DNA of 63,103 nt, counting the filler, from Thermoplasmatota archaeon (lineage in GTDB: Archaea; Thermoplasmatota; E2; JACPAO01; JAHFTW01): assembly GCA_041623215.1 (NCBI GenBank). It is 9 parts of 9 records of this genome, joined end to end, with 100 filler letters (N's around TTAATTAATTAA, not from the genome) between each part and the next. Parts side by side here need not be neighbours in the genome. Positions count along the whole stretch, not along the records: positions 7,247 to 14,350 come from JBFJXH010000088.1; positions 14,451 to 21,495 come from JBFJXH010000090.1; 7 more parts are not named here. The stretch is one strand, 5' to 3'. Below are positions 10,081 to 19,871 of this stretch, piece after piece (the stretch's first letter is position 1; each line of letters starts with the position of its first letter). Both the position numbers and the translations under genes were made by a program. Under the pieces are notes generated by a model. It was given only the letters and a program-made list of their open reading frames with translations, was not told where the DNA came from and did not search any database.

Positions 10081-11895
10081 TTAGGGTCGGCGCGTGCGGG
10101 CGGTGATTCCCACGGCCGCCAGCAGGCCAAGTAGGGCTAAGGCCAACGGCGCGGGCGTGGCCGTGCCCTCGTCCGGTCCCGGGCCGGCATCGTGTTGCTC
10201 CAGTGCAACGACCAGTTCTTCCGTTACTTCCGGTGCCTCTTCGCCGCCGCCAATCAAGCCGGCAGGGCGCTCATCGTAGTACTCGTTGAGTGGCAAAAGC
10301 AGCTCGCCCCCGGGCACCATGGATGCCGTGCTGGGTCCAGCACCGTTGACCGCCGTGTGTTCCACCCACACCTCCAACACCAAGGTGGCGCCAGCTTCGT
10401 AGGGCATGCGATCCACGACCGGCACAACCTCCGTGGCGATGCTCGCGGCCCCCTGCCAGTCGCCCAGGGTAACGGGAGCCAATGTGGCCACCTCCGTAAC
10501 GACGCGGTCGCCGTAGAATGGCGGCGCACAGAACTGCATGGGCGGACCAGCGCCCAGGTGGATGAGGCGCCCCGTCACGGTAGCGCCAGGGTACAACCGA
10601 ACGCTTTCGATATTGGCGCGGAAGCTTCCTTTGCCTTCCATATCAAAATCGAGGCCCATCCGAAGGCCATCTTGCAGGCACGAAATCCATGCAACCGTAG
10701 ATCCGTCGGCGCCGTTGTAGAAGCCTTGCAACGGCTTGCCTCCGGATGAGCCTTCCTGGATGGTGTTCATTGAGAACAGCCCATCGCCGCCAAACAGCAC
10801 CGTCACCCAGACAGCGTCATCCTGCAAGGGCTCGCTGTAGAGGTACATGGCGGGGTGGTGGCCGGCCGGTTGTGGCACGGCCAGATAATGCACGCCCAAG
10901 TCAGCCATGGCCCATGTGGTAGGCGACTCGGGGTCAAAGGCCCGCACCTGGAAAACGTCGCTGCCGCCGTGCTGGTGGCCAAACGGCGTCTCAACGGCGA
11001 CCTGGAAGGTGGCGGTTTCGCCACCGCCCACCGTGATGGTTGTCGGTGCGGTGCGCTTCCAAACGTCAGGCACGTTTTGCAAGCTGACGTTGAAGGTCTT
11101 GGTGGACGAGGCCTCGTTGGCAAGCGACACCTCGTAAACATAGACCGCGTCACCACCGTTACTAGAGCGGTAAGGGTCCTCTGACCAAACGCGCATCGGG
11201 CCGGAGCGCTCCATGCCACCGGTCTGGATGAGATAGGTGCCCGATGGTGTTCCTAGGTCGGGCATGTTGTCGGCCACGACGAGGGATTCACGACCCTGGA
11301 AGTTGAACGGGTCCTCTGGGTCGGGTCCACCGAAGCTGGCCATACTGTAACTGCGCATGCGAACATCGGTAAACTGGCGACCCGCGATGGGGGGCGTTCC
11401 ACCGTCGTCCAGAATTAGGTGCTTGGGCACCGTCACGGTAACCGCGTCACCGCTTCCGGACCGCTCGACATCGAGCTCCGCGATGAATCGTCGGTTGAAG
11501 TCCCAGCCAAAGGTTTCCCAGAGCCACCCATATGGCTCGCACTGGACCGTCAACCCCTGCTGAATGTTGTAGGTCGCGGCTCCGTACTGAAAGTACGACC
11601 GCAGGTCGCCGCTATCCGGGCAGTTGCCGCCGCCTTGGTCGCTCGCCAGGGCAGTGACTTGCACGGTCCATTGGAAATTCTCCCCATCTTCGTTGATGGT
11701 AAGCGCACGCAAATCCACCGCCGTCCAGTCATGCGCGGAAGGCAGTTCGTTGTCATACAGAGCCATCCGCACATCTCCTTCGGCATCCGTAATGACTTGC
11801 GCGCTGGCAGGGACAGCCATGATAAGGACCACAGCAAAGGCGGCCGCAGTAGCGTAGCTGGGTACGCGGTGCATGAGAACAACGGAGCGCGGCAC
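10081..11895 (-). CDS. Secreted protein with C-terminal membrane anchor (hypothetical)
   Basis: Signal peptide, Ig-like middle region, C-terminal TPAP + hydrophobic helix + basic tail. Start may be ATG 11874. Confidence 0.7.
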   Translation of the reverse strand: MPRSVVLMHRVPSYATAAAFAVVLIMAVPASAQVITDAEGDVRMALYDNELPSAHDWTAVDLRALTINEDGENFQWTVQVTALASDQGGGNCPDSGDLRSYFQYGAATYNIQQGLTVQCEPYGWLWETFGWDFNRRFIAELDVERSGSGDAVTVTVPKHLILDDGGTPPIAGRQFTDVRMRSYSMASFGGPDPEDPFNFQGRESLVVADNMPDLGTPSGTYLIQTGGMERSGPMRVWSEDPYRSSNGGDAVYVYEVSLANEASSTKTFNVSLQNVPDVWKRTAPTTITVGGGETATFQVAVETPFGHQHGGSDVFQVRAFDPESPTTWAMADLGVHYLAVPQPAGHHPAMYLYSEPLQDDAVWVTVLFGGDGLFSMNTIQEGSSGGKPLQGFYNGADGSTVAWISCLQDGLRMGLDFDMEGKGSFRANIESVRLYPGATVTGRLIHLGAGPPMQFCAPPFYGDRVVTEVATLAPVTLGDWQGAASIATEVVPVVDRMPYEAGATLVLEVWVEHTAVNGAGPSTASMVPGGELLLPLNEYYDERPAGLIGGGEEAPEVTEELVVALEQHDAGPGPDEGTATPAPLALALLGLLAAVGITARTRRP

Positions 11896-11960
11896 GACTT
11901 AGCGATTGTCGTCCTAGCGACTGCGGTCTACTTGGGTGAACAGGTCCACCCGCCACCCTC

Positions 11961-12875
11961 ATGAACGCCTCTCTCCGTGCGCTACTCATGCGCGCCCGCC
12001 GCTCCGAGATTACCACACCTGGCCACTCCGTCAAAATGATTCAGAAAGCCGCTGGCACGGGCGCCGACTTGGTCATGATGGACCTTGAGGATGCGTGCGC
12101 TGTTAGTCAGAAAGTAGCCGCACGGGAGGCAGTCATTGAGGCGGCGAACACCACGGATTGGGGCGACACCATCTGCGCGTTTCGACCCAACAATATTCAC
12201 ACCGAGTTCCACTTTGACGACATGCTGCGAGTGGTGACGGAGGCCGGCAAAAACCTGGATGTCATCATCCTGCCAAAAACTGAGTCCGCCGACGAAATTC
12301 GCTACGTCGATCAGCTGCTCACGCACCTTGAGCGAAAGGCCGGCATTCCGCATGGCAAGATCAAGCTCGAAGTCCTCATCGAATCCTGCAAGGCCGTGCT
12401 GGAAGTGGAAGAGATTGCCAAGGCGAGCCCCCGGTTGGAGGCCCTCATCTTCGGCGTCGCCGACTACGCCGCGGAGACCGGCGCCGACCTGCGACCTGAC
12501 GTGAACACCGACTTCACGTACGCTCGTCAGAAGCTTGTGAATGCCGCCCACGCCAACGGCCTACTGGCCATTGATTGTGTAACCATCAACTTCCGCGACA
12601 TGGACCAGGTGCGTGTCGATGCTGAAACCGGCCGCCGCATGGGCTTCGATGGCAAGTGGTGCATTCACCCGAAGCACGTGGAAATTGTCAACGAAGTGTA
12701 CACGCCAACGGACGACCAGATTGCTCGCGCCAAGGACCTCATTGCACTCTACGACAAGGCTGACGTGGACGACGGCTTGGGCGCGGTTGTGTACGGTGAC
12801 GAAATGGTCGACAAGGCCACCATCCGCGTGGAAGAGCGGATTCTGGCCACCGCCAAGAGAGCCGGAAAAATCTAG
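11961..12875 (+). CDS. CitE/malyl-CoA lyase family CoA-ester lyase
   Basis: RRSE..PG, ADLVMMDLEDA, LIES, GFDGKWCIHP motifs. Confidence 0.85.
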   Translation: MNASLRALLMRARRSEITTPGHSVKMIQKAAGTGADLVMMDLEDACAVSQKVAAREAVIEAANTTDWGDTICAFRPNNIHTEFHFDDMLRVVTEAGKNLDVIILPKTESADEIRYVDQLLTHLERKAGIPHGKIKLEVLIESCKAVLEVEEIAKASPRLEALIFGVADYAAETGADLRPDVNTDFTYARQKLVNAAHANGLLAIDCVTINFRDMDQVRVDAETGRRMGFDGKWCIHPKHVEIVNEVYTPTDDQIARAKDLIALYDKADVDDGLGAVVYGDEMVDKATIRVEERILATAKRAGKI

Positions 12876-12922
12876 GCACCGAATCCGAGGGGTCCGGCGC
12901 AGCTAGGGCCGCGCATCAATCC

Positions 12923-13963
12923 CTAGGCTAGGGACGTAAGCCTGTCATCGACCGCAGCCCAAATTGCATCGAGGTTGTGCGCGCGGCCGGGGCGGTCTAG
13001 GCAGATATGCAGATGTCGAGCCAAGCTGAAGGCTACATAGGCGTCAGCACGCTTTCGGGCGCCGGCACCTCGATTCTCTTCGAATTGCCTCAAGGCTGCC
13101 CTCGCCGCGTCGGCGTAAGCGCCGATGGACCCGGTGTCGCGTAGGCCCCGTTCAAGCACATGGGCCGCGAAGTTGCCCGCGTCTACGGCGGGATCGCCCA
13201 TGGCGGCGAGGTCCCAATCCACAATCCAAAGCCGCTGGCCATCCACCAAGATTTGGGCCGGGTAGAAGTCTCGATGGATTGGCGCGAGGCTCACAGGTGG
13301 CAGCTGGCGGGCGACTTCCCAGCAGGTCGCCAGGGTTGCCCCAAGGCGCTCGCGCAACGCCGGATAGTCGCGGGCCACCCGACCTAGCCGCTCGTCCAAG
13401 ATTCTCATCTCATCAGTAAGCGTGTGGGTCTTGGGCAGGGGGATGTCACTGGCGTGAAGGCGGCCGACGCCCGCCATTGCTTGTTCGCATAGTTTGGCCG
13501 CGTCTGGGCCGGGCAAGTGCGCAGTAAGCGGCACGCCGGGAACATGTTGTTGGAGCCACGTTCCTCCATCAAGATGCCCTAGGACACGGGGGACACGGAC
13601 TCGGTCGGGTGCCTCGGCGTCAAATAATGACTCGGCCAACTTTCCTTGCAGGCGCATGGTGCGCTCGTCAAGGCCGCGGCTGCGAATCTTGCCAAGAACG
13701 CGTACGTGCCGCCCGTCGCCGACACAGTCGTAGGTGAGCAGGGCCCGGCGACCCTTCTTGTGCCTGGTGACTTCAATTTGGGCAAGGCGCGGGCTCGACG
13801 ACGACGGCTCGTGCATGGATGGGGCCCAAATCTGCGGGAGCAACCTGGACTCGACGTCGGGCCTTGCGTCGGTTTGCAGGCCCGACAGTTTCGGGTCGTC
13901 AAGAGCGCCAAAGGAGTCGCGAACCAGCGGGCCCGGGGGGGCGGGTTCCACGAGGCCTTCCAC
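12923..13963 (-). CDS. Aminoglycoside phosphotransferase (APH)-family kinase, distal domain
   Basis: HRDFYPAQIL and VDWD motifs; in frame with the upstream APH ORF across a single TAA. Confidence 0.75.
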   Translation of the reverse strand: MEGLVEPAPPGPLVRDSFGALDDPKLSGLQTDARPDVESRLLPQIWAPSMHEPSSSSPRLAQIEVTRHKKGRRALLTYDCVGDGRHVRVLGKIRSRGLDERTMRLQGKLAESLFDAEAPDRVRVPRVLGHLDGGTWLQQHVPGVPLTAHLPGPDAAKLCEQAMAGVGRLHASDIPLPKTHTLTDEMRILDERLGRVARDYPALRERLGATLATCWEVARQLPPVSLAPIHRDFYPAQILVDGQRLWIVDWDLAAMGDPAVDAGNFAAHVLERGLRDTGSIGAYADAARAALRQFEENRGAGARKRADAYVAFSLARHLHICLDRPGRAHNLDAIWAAVDDRLTSLA

Positions 13964-13978
13964 AGTTGCCAGGATGTC

Positions 13979-14350
13979 TTACATGTCCGCAGGCCAATTC
14001 ATTGAGCGTTCACGAAAGGGTCGAAGGATGAGTCGAAAGAGCGCCTGAGCCAACCATGCCGGGTGAACGTCGCCGTAACCGTCCAAGAATGCATTCGCGT
14101 GTTCGTTGCCGTGGGCTTCTTGGCCGTTCAGTTGACGGCAAGCCAGGTGCGCCCACCAACTGCCGACGTCCAAGCCGGCTGGCCCCATGCCCTGCTGGTC
14201 CAAGTCCAGCAGGTGGAGACCGTTGTCGCCAATGAGCACTTGGTCTGCGTGCAGGTCGCCGTGCAGGTTTACCTGGGGGTCAGCCGGAAGCGCCGCAAGC
14301 ACTCCAGCAACGGCGGCGGCAGCCCGATGCCCCAACGATGGGGCAAGGGC
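13979..14350 (-). CDS. APH-family kinase, proximal domain (5' truncated; ends at a probably premature TAA)
   Basis: HGDLHADQVL and LDLD motifs; frame open to contig edge. Confidence 0.7.
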   Translation of the reverse strand, partial: ALAPSLGHRAAAAVAGVLAALPADPQVNLHGDLHADQVLIGDNGLHLLDLDQQGMGPAGLDVGSWWAHLACRQLNGQEAHGNEHANAFLDGYGDVHPAWLAQALFRLILRPFRERSMNWPADM

Positions 14351-14450
14351 NNNNNNNNNNNNNNNNNNNNNNNNNNNNNNNNNNNNNNNNNNNNTTAATT
14401 AATTAANNNNNNNNNNNNNNNNNNNNNNNNNNNNNNNNNNNNNNNNNNNN
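14351..14450. other. Artificial contig spacer
   Basis: N44-TTAATTAATTAA-N44. Confidence 0.98.
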
Positions 14451-14774
14451 CGCTAGGCCGAGCAAGCCCTGCTCTTGTCCGTTGCTGCCAACGCGGTCAC
14501 GAAGGTCGGCCCACACCGTGAGGCCGCCATCGGTCCGATGTTGGATGGTGCCGGGACGTTCAACAATGAACAGGCCGTCTTCCGGGTTGCCGGTGTGGGC
14601 CACCAGGAGTGGTTGGTCCAGGTCCGAGGCGATGCGCTCCAGCACCAGTTCGCCCATCCCTGGAGCAGAATCTGGCGCGGCCGCATCCTCTCCGTCACCG
14701 GAGTCGTCAGAGTTGCCACCCAGACAACCAGCCGCCACGAGAGCCAGGAACAGCGCTGCGGCGGCAAGTTTCAT
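14451..14774 (-). CDS. PQQ-dependent glucose/sorbosone dehydrogenase family lipoprotein (3' truncated)
   Basis: Lipobox-like AAGC; LFIVERPG and GQEQGLLGLA motifs. Confidence 0.75.
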
Positions 14775-15934
14775 CCTTGCACGTCCAACAACAGCGCGTA
14801 GCCCTGGCCCCCACCAACGCACATGGTTTCGACCGCTAGGCCGCCGCCCTTAGCATGCAAGTGATTGACGAGATGCGCCGCAATTCGGGCACCGGTGGCC
14901 CCCAGTGGGTGCCCGAGAGCAATGGCTCCGCCATGCGGGTTGACGATGTGCTCAGGCACCCCGAGGTCGCGAATGCAAGCAAGCGCTTGAACCGCGAAGG
15001 CCTCGTTGATTTCGAACTGCGCCAACTCATCGTAGCGGAATCCGGTTCGTTGTTGCAGGCGCCGTACCGCCGTGATGGGTCCGATGCCCATGATTTCTGG
15101 AGCGACCCCCGTCACGGCCGCGCCCTTGACGACCGCCTTGACCGGCAAGCTGTGCTCTTCAGCAAAGGATCGACTGGTCACAAGCATGGCGCCCGCGCCG
15201 TCGCTCATCTGCGAGGCATTGCCCGCGGTCACTTGGAACCCGTCGCCGAAGATGGCCGGCAGGCCCGCCGCTGCTTCCACCGTGCTGCCCCGGCGAATGC
15301 CTTCATCCTTGTCCACGGTTTGGAACGTATCGTTTTCTTCGTCGGAGAGGACCACGGGCGTAATTTCGCCGTCGAACACGCCCCCGTCCTGCGCCTTCTC
15401 GGCCTTGTTGTGGCTACCCACGCCAAAGGCATCGGCATCCTCTCGGCTCACGCCGTACTCCTTCGCGACGCGTTCAGCAGTTTTGATCATAACGTCATAG
15501 AAGCCCGGGCGCTCTTTGGCCAGCTTGGGGTTAACCATGGGGCCTTCGGTCAGGCCCGCCATGGGAATCATGCTCATGGTTTCGATGCCGCCCGCAATGA
15601 CACAGTCCGCCTGGCCCGCCGCCACCTGCGCACTCGCGGCTCCAAGCGCGTAGGCGCTGCTTGCACAGTAGCGATTGATGGTGACGGCGCCTGCCGTTTC
15701 GGGAATGCCTGCCAGAAAGGCAACTTGTCGCGCAATGTTGCCGCCCTGGACCGACTCGGTCATGGCGCAGCCAATGAGCACATCTTCCACGTGCTTGGGA
15801 TCCAAGTCGGTGCGCTTCAACAGGCCCTCAATGGCCGCAGCGCCTAGGTCATCACTGCGTGTATGGGCAAAGCTTCCCTTGAAGGCGCGTCCTACGGGCG
15901 TCCGGCAAGCGTCAACGATGACTGCTTCAGGCAT
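14771..15934 (-). CDS. Thiolase (acetyl-CoA C-acyltransferase)
   Basis: RTPVG, NRYCAS catalytic Cys, NEAFA, GHPLGATG, MCVGGGQG. Confidence 0.92.
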   Translation of the reverse strand: MPEAVIVDACRTPVGRAFKGSFAHTRSDDLGAAAIEGLLKRTDLDPKHVEDVLIGCAMTESVQGGNIARQVAFLAGIPETAGAVTINRYCASSAYALGAASAQVAAGQADCVIAGGIETMSMIPMAGLTEGPMVNPKLAKERPGFYDVMIKTAERVAKEYGVSREDADAFGVGSHNKAEKAQDGGVFDGEITPVVLSDEENDTFQTVDKDEGIRRGSTVEAAAGLPAIFGDGFQVTAGNASQMSDGAGAMLVTSRSFAEEHSLPVKAVVKGAAVTGVAPEIMGIGPITAVRRLQQRTGFRYDELAQFEINEAFAVQALACIRDLGVPEHIVNPHGGAIALGHPLGATGARIAAHLVNHLHAKGGGLAVETMCVGGGQGYALLLDVQG

Positions 15935-16013
15935 ACGGTGGGCACGAAGCGGCCCGACTTCAAGGTGGGGGTTGCGACGTGCAACTGCGGGGCGGAGCGC
16001 CGCGGCGCAGCGT

Positions 16014-17621
16014 TTATGATGAATTGTCGGCGGGCGCCTCGGCCAACAACGTGACCAGCACATCGCCGGCGGCTTGCCATTCGTAGCGGTCTAAGTGGTC
16101 CGTCACTTGGTCAAAGCCGTCGGCGTTTTGCAGGTCTGCTTCGATGGCTTGCCCAAGTAGCCAACCTGCGCGGTTGCGAAGGAAGTTGGTTTGCGCTACT
16201 TGTCCAAAGTCATCCACGACGCCGCGAACTTGGTAGCTCATGGTGTCATAGACACTGCTGAAGCCGTTGTAATTCTGGCCGCCGTGTTCGATGGCATTGT
16301 GCGGATGGGCCTGGCCAAACAGGTGGCCTGTTTCGTGACTAAAGAGGCGATTGAACCAGTAGTCCGTGCTGCGGCCTTCCCGCGCGGTGCTAACAATTTG
16401 GTCAATGGGCTCCACGAAGCCTGGCCATTCGCTGCGAATTCGGGTTTGGTCGCTGACGATGCTGAAGCTGATTCGATGCCCGTCGCCCACGTCGTACATG
16501 GCGATGCCACTGAACAGGGCTTCTTGATCGAAGGCGTCACCGTAGAGGGCGAAGGACACGTAGGGCTCGCAGCCCTCATGCGGCACCCAGTAGGACTCCC
16601 AATTCTCGTCAAGCCAGAAGCGGAACGCGTCGAGGTCCACCGATTCGCGGGTGACCGCATCCAAGACCGGGTCGTCCACGGGTAGTTGAAGCGGCACGAA
16701 GTCCACGAAGACGTTGTCGGCCCCGGTAAGGTTGCGGAAGTGGCTTTCCATGCGCGGAACGTCCACTGCATCTTGGGCTGACGTGAAGCCGGGCAAGATG
16801 TTGGTGAGGCTTGCGGCGCGCACGCCGAGGATAAGGGTGACGCCGTGGCAGGGCTTGTCGGTGATTGGGTAAATCGGGCCATGCAGGAGCCGGAAGTGGG
16901 TGATGTCGCGCACGAGGTCTTCCATTTCGCCGATGTCATTCACCTCAAGGGGGGCAGCGTAGCTGCGACTGGTTCCGGCGTACGGGTCCGGTCGTGCCGA
17001 CACGTCGGCCACCAGCACGGAGTGCCGTTCGCCGAAGATGCGTACCGGTTCCAGCCAGCCGTCGCCGCCGTGGAAACGGTAGCCATGTCCGCCCTCGCCA
17101 GCGTGCAAGAGCACGAGGGTGGTGCGATTGGTATCAAGGTCGAACCCGGCCTCAGGCAGGGCTGCGGCCAACCAGTCCTCGACTTGATTGCCATCGTGGA
17201 TGCCAGGCTGCTCCGCAATCGTTGACGCTGCCAAGGTCGCCCGGAAATCGTTGGCCAACGACCCAAAGTCGTGCACGCGGAATTCACCCTCTAGGTGCCA
17301 CGGCATGTCCAAGGCACCGTCGCCAGACAACTTCCGCGTCGGATTGTCCGCTCGCGGCGGCAATCCGTTGCTGTAGTCGAGCACGAAGTGTTCCAGGGAT
17401 TCTGGCTCCGTGAGCGCGGCCTGCAAGTCAGAGGCGGTGCCAGCGGGAAAGCCAATCAGCACCACATCCACGGGGACCGTGAATTGAATCGGCGTGGATG
17501 ATAGGTCATATACTGCGGCTTCGGCCGGTTCCACATCGTCGGCTTCGGCCAGGTCATTGGACGCTTGCAGGCATCCAGCCAGCATAGGAATCAGCAGCAG
17601 GGCCGCCACAATCGGTCGCAT
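16014..17621 (-). CDS. Lipoprotein with metzincin-type zinc metallopeptidase motif
   Basis: LAGC lipobox; HETGHLFGQAH (HExxHxxGxxH) and downstream TMSY Met-turn. Start ATG 17621 (alternative 17645). Confidence 0.7.
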   Translation of the reverse strand: MRPIVAALLLIPMLAGCLQASNDLAEADDVEPAEAAVYDLSSTPIQFTVPVDVVLIGFPAGTASDLQAALTEPESLEHFVLDYSNGLPPRADNPTRKLSGDGALDMPWHLEGEFRVHDFGSLANDFRATLAASTIAEQPGIHDGNQVEDWLAAALPEAGFDLDTNRTTLVLLHAGEGGHGYRFHGGDGWLEPVRIFGERHSVLVADVSARPDPYAGTSRSYAAPLEVNDIGEMEDLVRDITHFRLLHGPIYPITDKPCHGVTLILGVRAASLTNILPGFTSAQDAVDVPRMESHFRNLTGADNVFVDFVPLQLPVDDPVLDAVTRESVDLDAFRFWLDENWESYWVPHEGCEPYVSFALYGDAFDQEALFSGIAMYDVGDGHRISFSIVSDQTRIRSEWPGFVEPIDQIVSTAREGRSTDYWFNRLFSHETGHLFGQAHPHNAIEHGGQNYNGFSSVYDTMSYQVRGVVDDFGQVAQTNFLRNRAGWLLGQAIEADLQNADGFDQVTDHLDRYEWQAAGDVLVTLLAEAPADNSS

Positions 17622-17706
17622 GCCCGGGGGTTTTCGCAACGCCATTTAGGGGTTATGGCGGCTGGACTGCCGGCACCCTCAAGCCGAGTCTCGGTTTGGA
17701 GCGCCA

Positions 17707-18630
17707 ATGGCAAACGACCAAGCGACCACGACATCAGTGGCGCCTGGACTTGTCTTGGCGGCGGCCGTCATCAGTGTCAGCTTCGCAGCGCCCTTGTTCC
17801 GTCTGGCCGAGGCACCCCCGCTGACGGCGTCCTTTTGGCGCCTGATGCTGGCGGTGGCCTTGTTGCTACCATTCACGCGCCGCGCGTGGCCGGCCTGGCG
17901 GCATCTGCCTCGACGTGATTGGTGGCTGCTTGCTGGCAGCGGCGCGGCACTCGGCTTCCACTTCGGCATTTGGGTCACCAGCCTCTTCTACACGACCGTG
18001 GCAGCCAGTGTGGCCCTGGTGACCTTCCAGGCAATCTTCGTCGCAATGGGCGCCCATTTTCTGCTTGGCGACCGCTTGTCCAGCCGTGCCTGGTGGGGCG
18101 TGTTGTTGGCTAGCGTGGGCGTCTTTGTCATCGCCGGTGCCGATGGTAGCCTTGCACCGGATGGCAGGCGCGCCTTAATCGGGGATGCAATGGCGCTAGC
18201 CGGCGGCCTTGGATCAGCCGCCTACATGCTCATCGGGCGCCGCGTGCGCCAACGCATGGACCTCATCGCGTATGTGACGCCGGTTTACGCGATTGCGGCG
18301 TTGACGCTCTTGCCGTTCATGCTGCTTCTCCACCAACCTATTGCGGTCGCAACCGACGCCCAGTTTGTGATCTTCGTATTGTTGGCGGCCGTGCCCATGC
18401 TAGGTGGCCACACGTTGGCCAATTGGTGCCTGCGCCACATGGAGGCCCCGACGGTCGCCACGTGGATTTTGCTTGAGCCGGCCGGAGCCGCCCTGCTAGC
18501 ATGGCCGCTTCTTGGGGAAGTGCCACACTGGGCCGTCGCCGTGGGCGGAGTGCTGGTCATCCTTGGGGCCATGCAAACCATCCGCGCACCCGGAAGTGCC
18601 AAGGTCCAATCCACAATCCCTGCCACGTGA
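17707..18630 (+). CDS. EamA/DMT family transporter
   Basis: About ten TM segments in two EamA repeats. Confidence 0.85.
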   Translation: MANDQATTTSVAPGLVLAAAVISVSFAAPLFRLAEAPPLTASFWRLMLAVALLLPFTRRAWPAWRHLPRRDWWLLAGSGAALGFHFGIWVTSLFYTTVAASVALVTFQAIFVAMGAHFLLGDRLSSRAWWGVLLASVGVFVIAGADGSLAPDGRRALIGDAMALAGGLGSAAYMLIGRRVRQRMDLIAYVTPVYAIAALTLLPFMLLLHQPIAVATDAQFVIFVLLAAVPMLGGHTLANWCLRHMEAPTVATWILLEPAGAALLAWPLLGEVPHWAVAVGGVLVILGAMQTIRAPGSAKVQSTIPAT

Positions 18631-19871
18631 CCACGGCACGAGGCAAGGCGGAATCGGCCCGCCGGGCGGCGGCGTCCCTGTTGGCAAGTTCCAACGACGC
18701 TCGGCGCGGGGCTCTGGAAGCGATGGCGACTGCCTTGGCCCTCGCGGCACCAGACATTCACACAGCGAACGATGCCGACCTTTCGGCTGCGACGGCGGCT
18801 CACCTAGAACCTGCCTTGGTCGGACGTTTGGCACTTGATGCTAGCAAGCTAGCGACCGCAGTAGATGGCGTGCGGCAAGTCGCTGCCCTGCCGGATCCAG
18901 TCGGCGAGGTCCGCCGAGCCACAACCCTAGACGATGGCTTGCGGCTGTGGCAGGTGACCTGCCCACTTGGTGTGGTGGCGTGCATTTTCGAATCACGCCC
19001 AGACGTCGTCATCCAGATTACTGCCCTGGCCGTTCGAAGTGGCAATGCGGTTCTCCTGAAGGGCGGCAAAGAAGCGACGCGGACCAACCAAGCGCTGGTC
19101 GAAGTCCTCCGGGAGGCCCTCGCCGACGCCGGCCTTCCGGCCGACGCGGTCCAGCTCTTGGAGGGCCGTGAGGAGGTGTCGGCGCTTCTCGACTTGGACG
19201 ACCTGGTTGACCTTGTCATTCCGCGCGGCGGCAATGAACTGGTTCGCCATATCCAGGAGCATACGCGCATTCCGGTGCTTGGTCACGCGGCCGGCGTTTG
19301 CAGCATCTACATTCACGAAGATGCCGATGCGGACATGGCCAAGCGTATCGTCGTGGATGCCAAAACCGACTACCCGAGCGCCTGCAACGCGGTTGAAACC
19401 CTTCTCATTCACGAAGCCTGGCCCCACCGAGCCGACCTGTTGGCCGAGCTGGAGGCCGCCGACGTGGTCGTCCACGACCAAGGGCCGCTGGGGCACGAGT
19501 GGGGCACTCTCGATGTGACGCTAGCAAGTGTGTCTGGCCTTGACGAAGCAATGGCGCTGATTGCCGCACACGGCAGCGGCCACACCGATTGCATCCTAAC
19601 GACTGACGAGGCGGTGGCCAAGCAATTCCTGGCAGCCGTTGATTCAGCCGGCGTGTACTGGAACGCCAGTACGCGTTTTGCCGACGGCTACCGCTATGGC
19701 CTTGGCGCCGAAGTGGGCATTTCCACCGGCAAGATTCACGCCCGCGGCCCGGTTGGCCTGGAGGGCCTCGTTTCGACGCGGTGGCTGTTGGTCGGCAACG
19801 GCCACGTCGCTGCTGATTACAAGGCCAAGGCCTTCCGACACGGCCCACTGTCGGAGGCACCACCCGCATGA
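18627..19871 (+). CDS. proA: Gamma-glutamyl phosphate reductase
   Basis: PLGVVACIFESRPDV, SACNAVETLL, NASTRFADG, ISTGKIHARGPVGL; GTGA overlap with the DMT gene stop. Confidence 0.93.
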   Translation: MTTARGKAESARRAAASLLASSNDARRGALEAMATALALAAPDIHTANDADLSAATAAHLEPALVGRLALDASKLATAVDGVRQVAALPDPVGEVRRATTLDDGLRLWQVTCPLGVVACIFESRPDVVIQITALAVRSGNAVLLKGGKEATRTNQALVEVLREALADAGLPADAVQLLEGREEVSALLDLDDLVDLVIPRGGNELVRHIQEHTRIPVLGHAAGVCSIYIHEDADADMAKRIVVDAKTDYPSACNAVETLLIHEAWPHRADLLAELEAADVVVHDQGPLGHEWGTLDVTLASVSGLDEAMALIAAHGSGHTDCILTTDEAVAKQFLAAVDSAGVYWNASTRFADGYRYGLGAEVGISTGKIHARGPVGLEGLVSTRWLLVGNGHVAADYKAKAFRHGPLSEAPPA

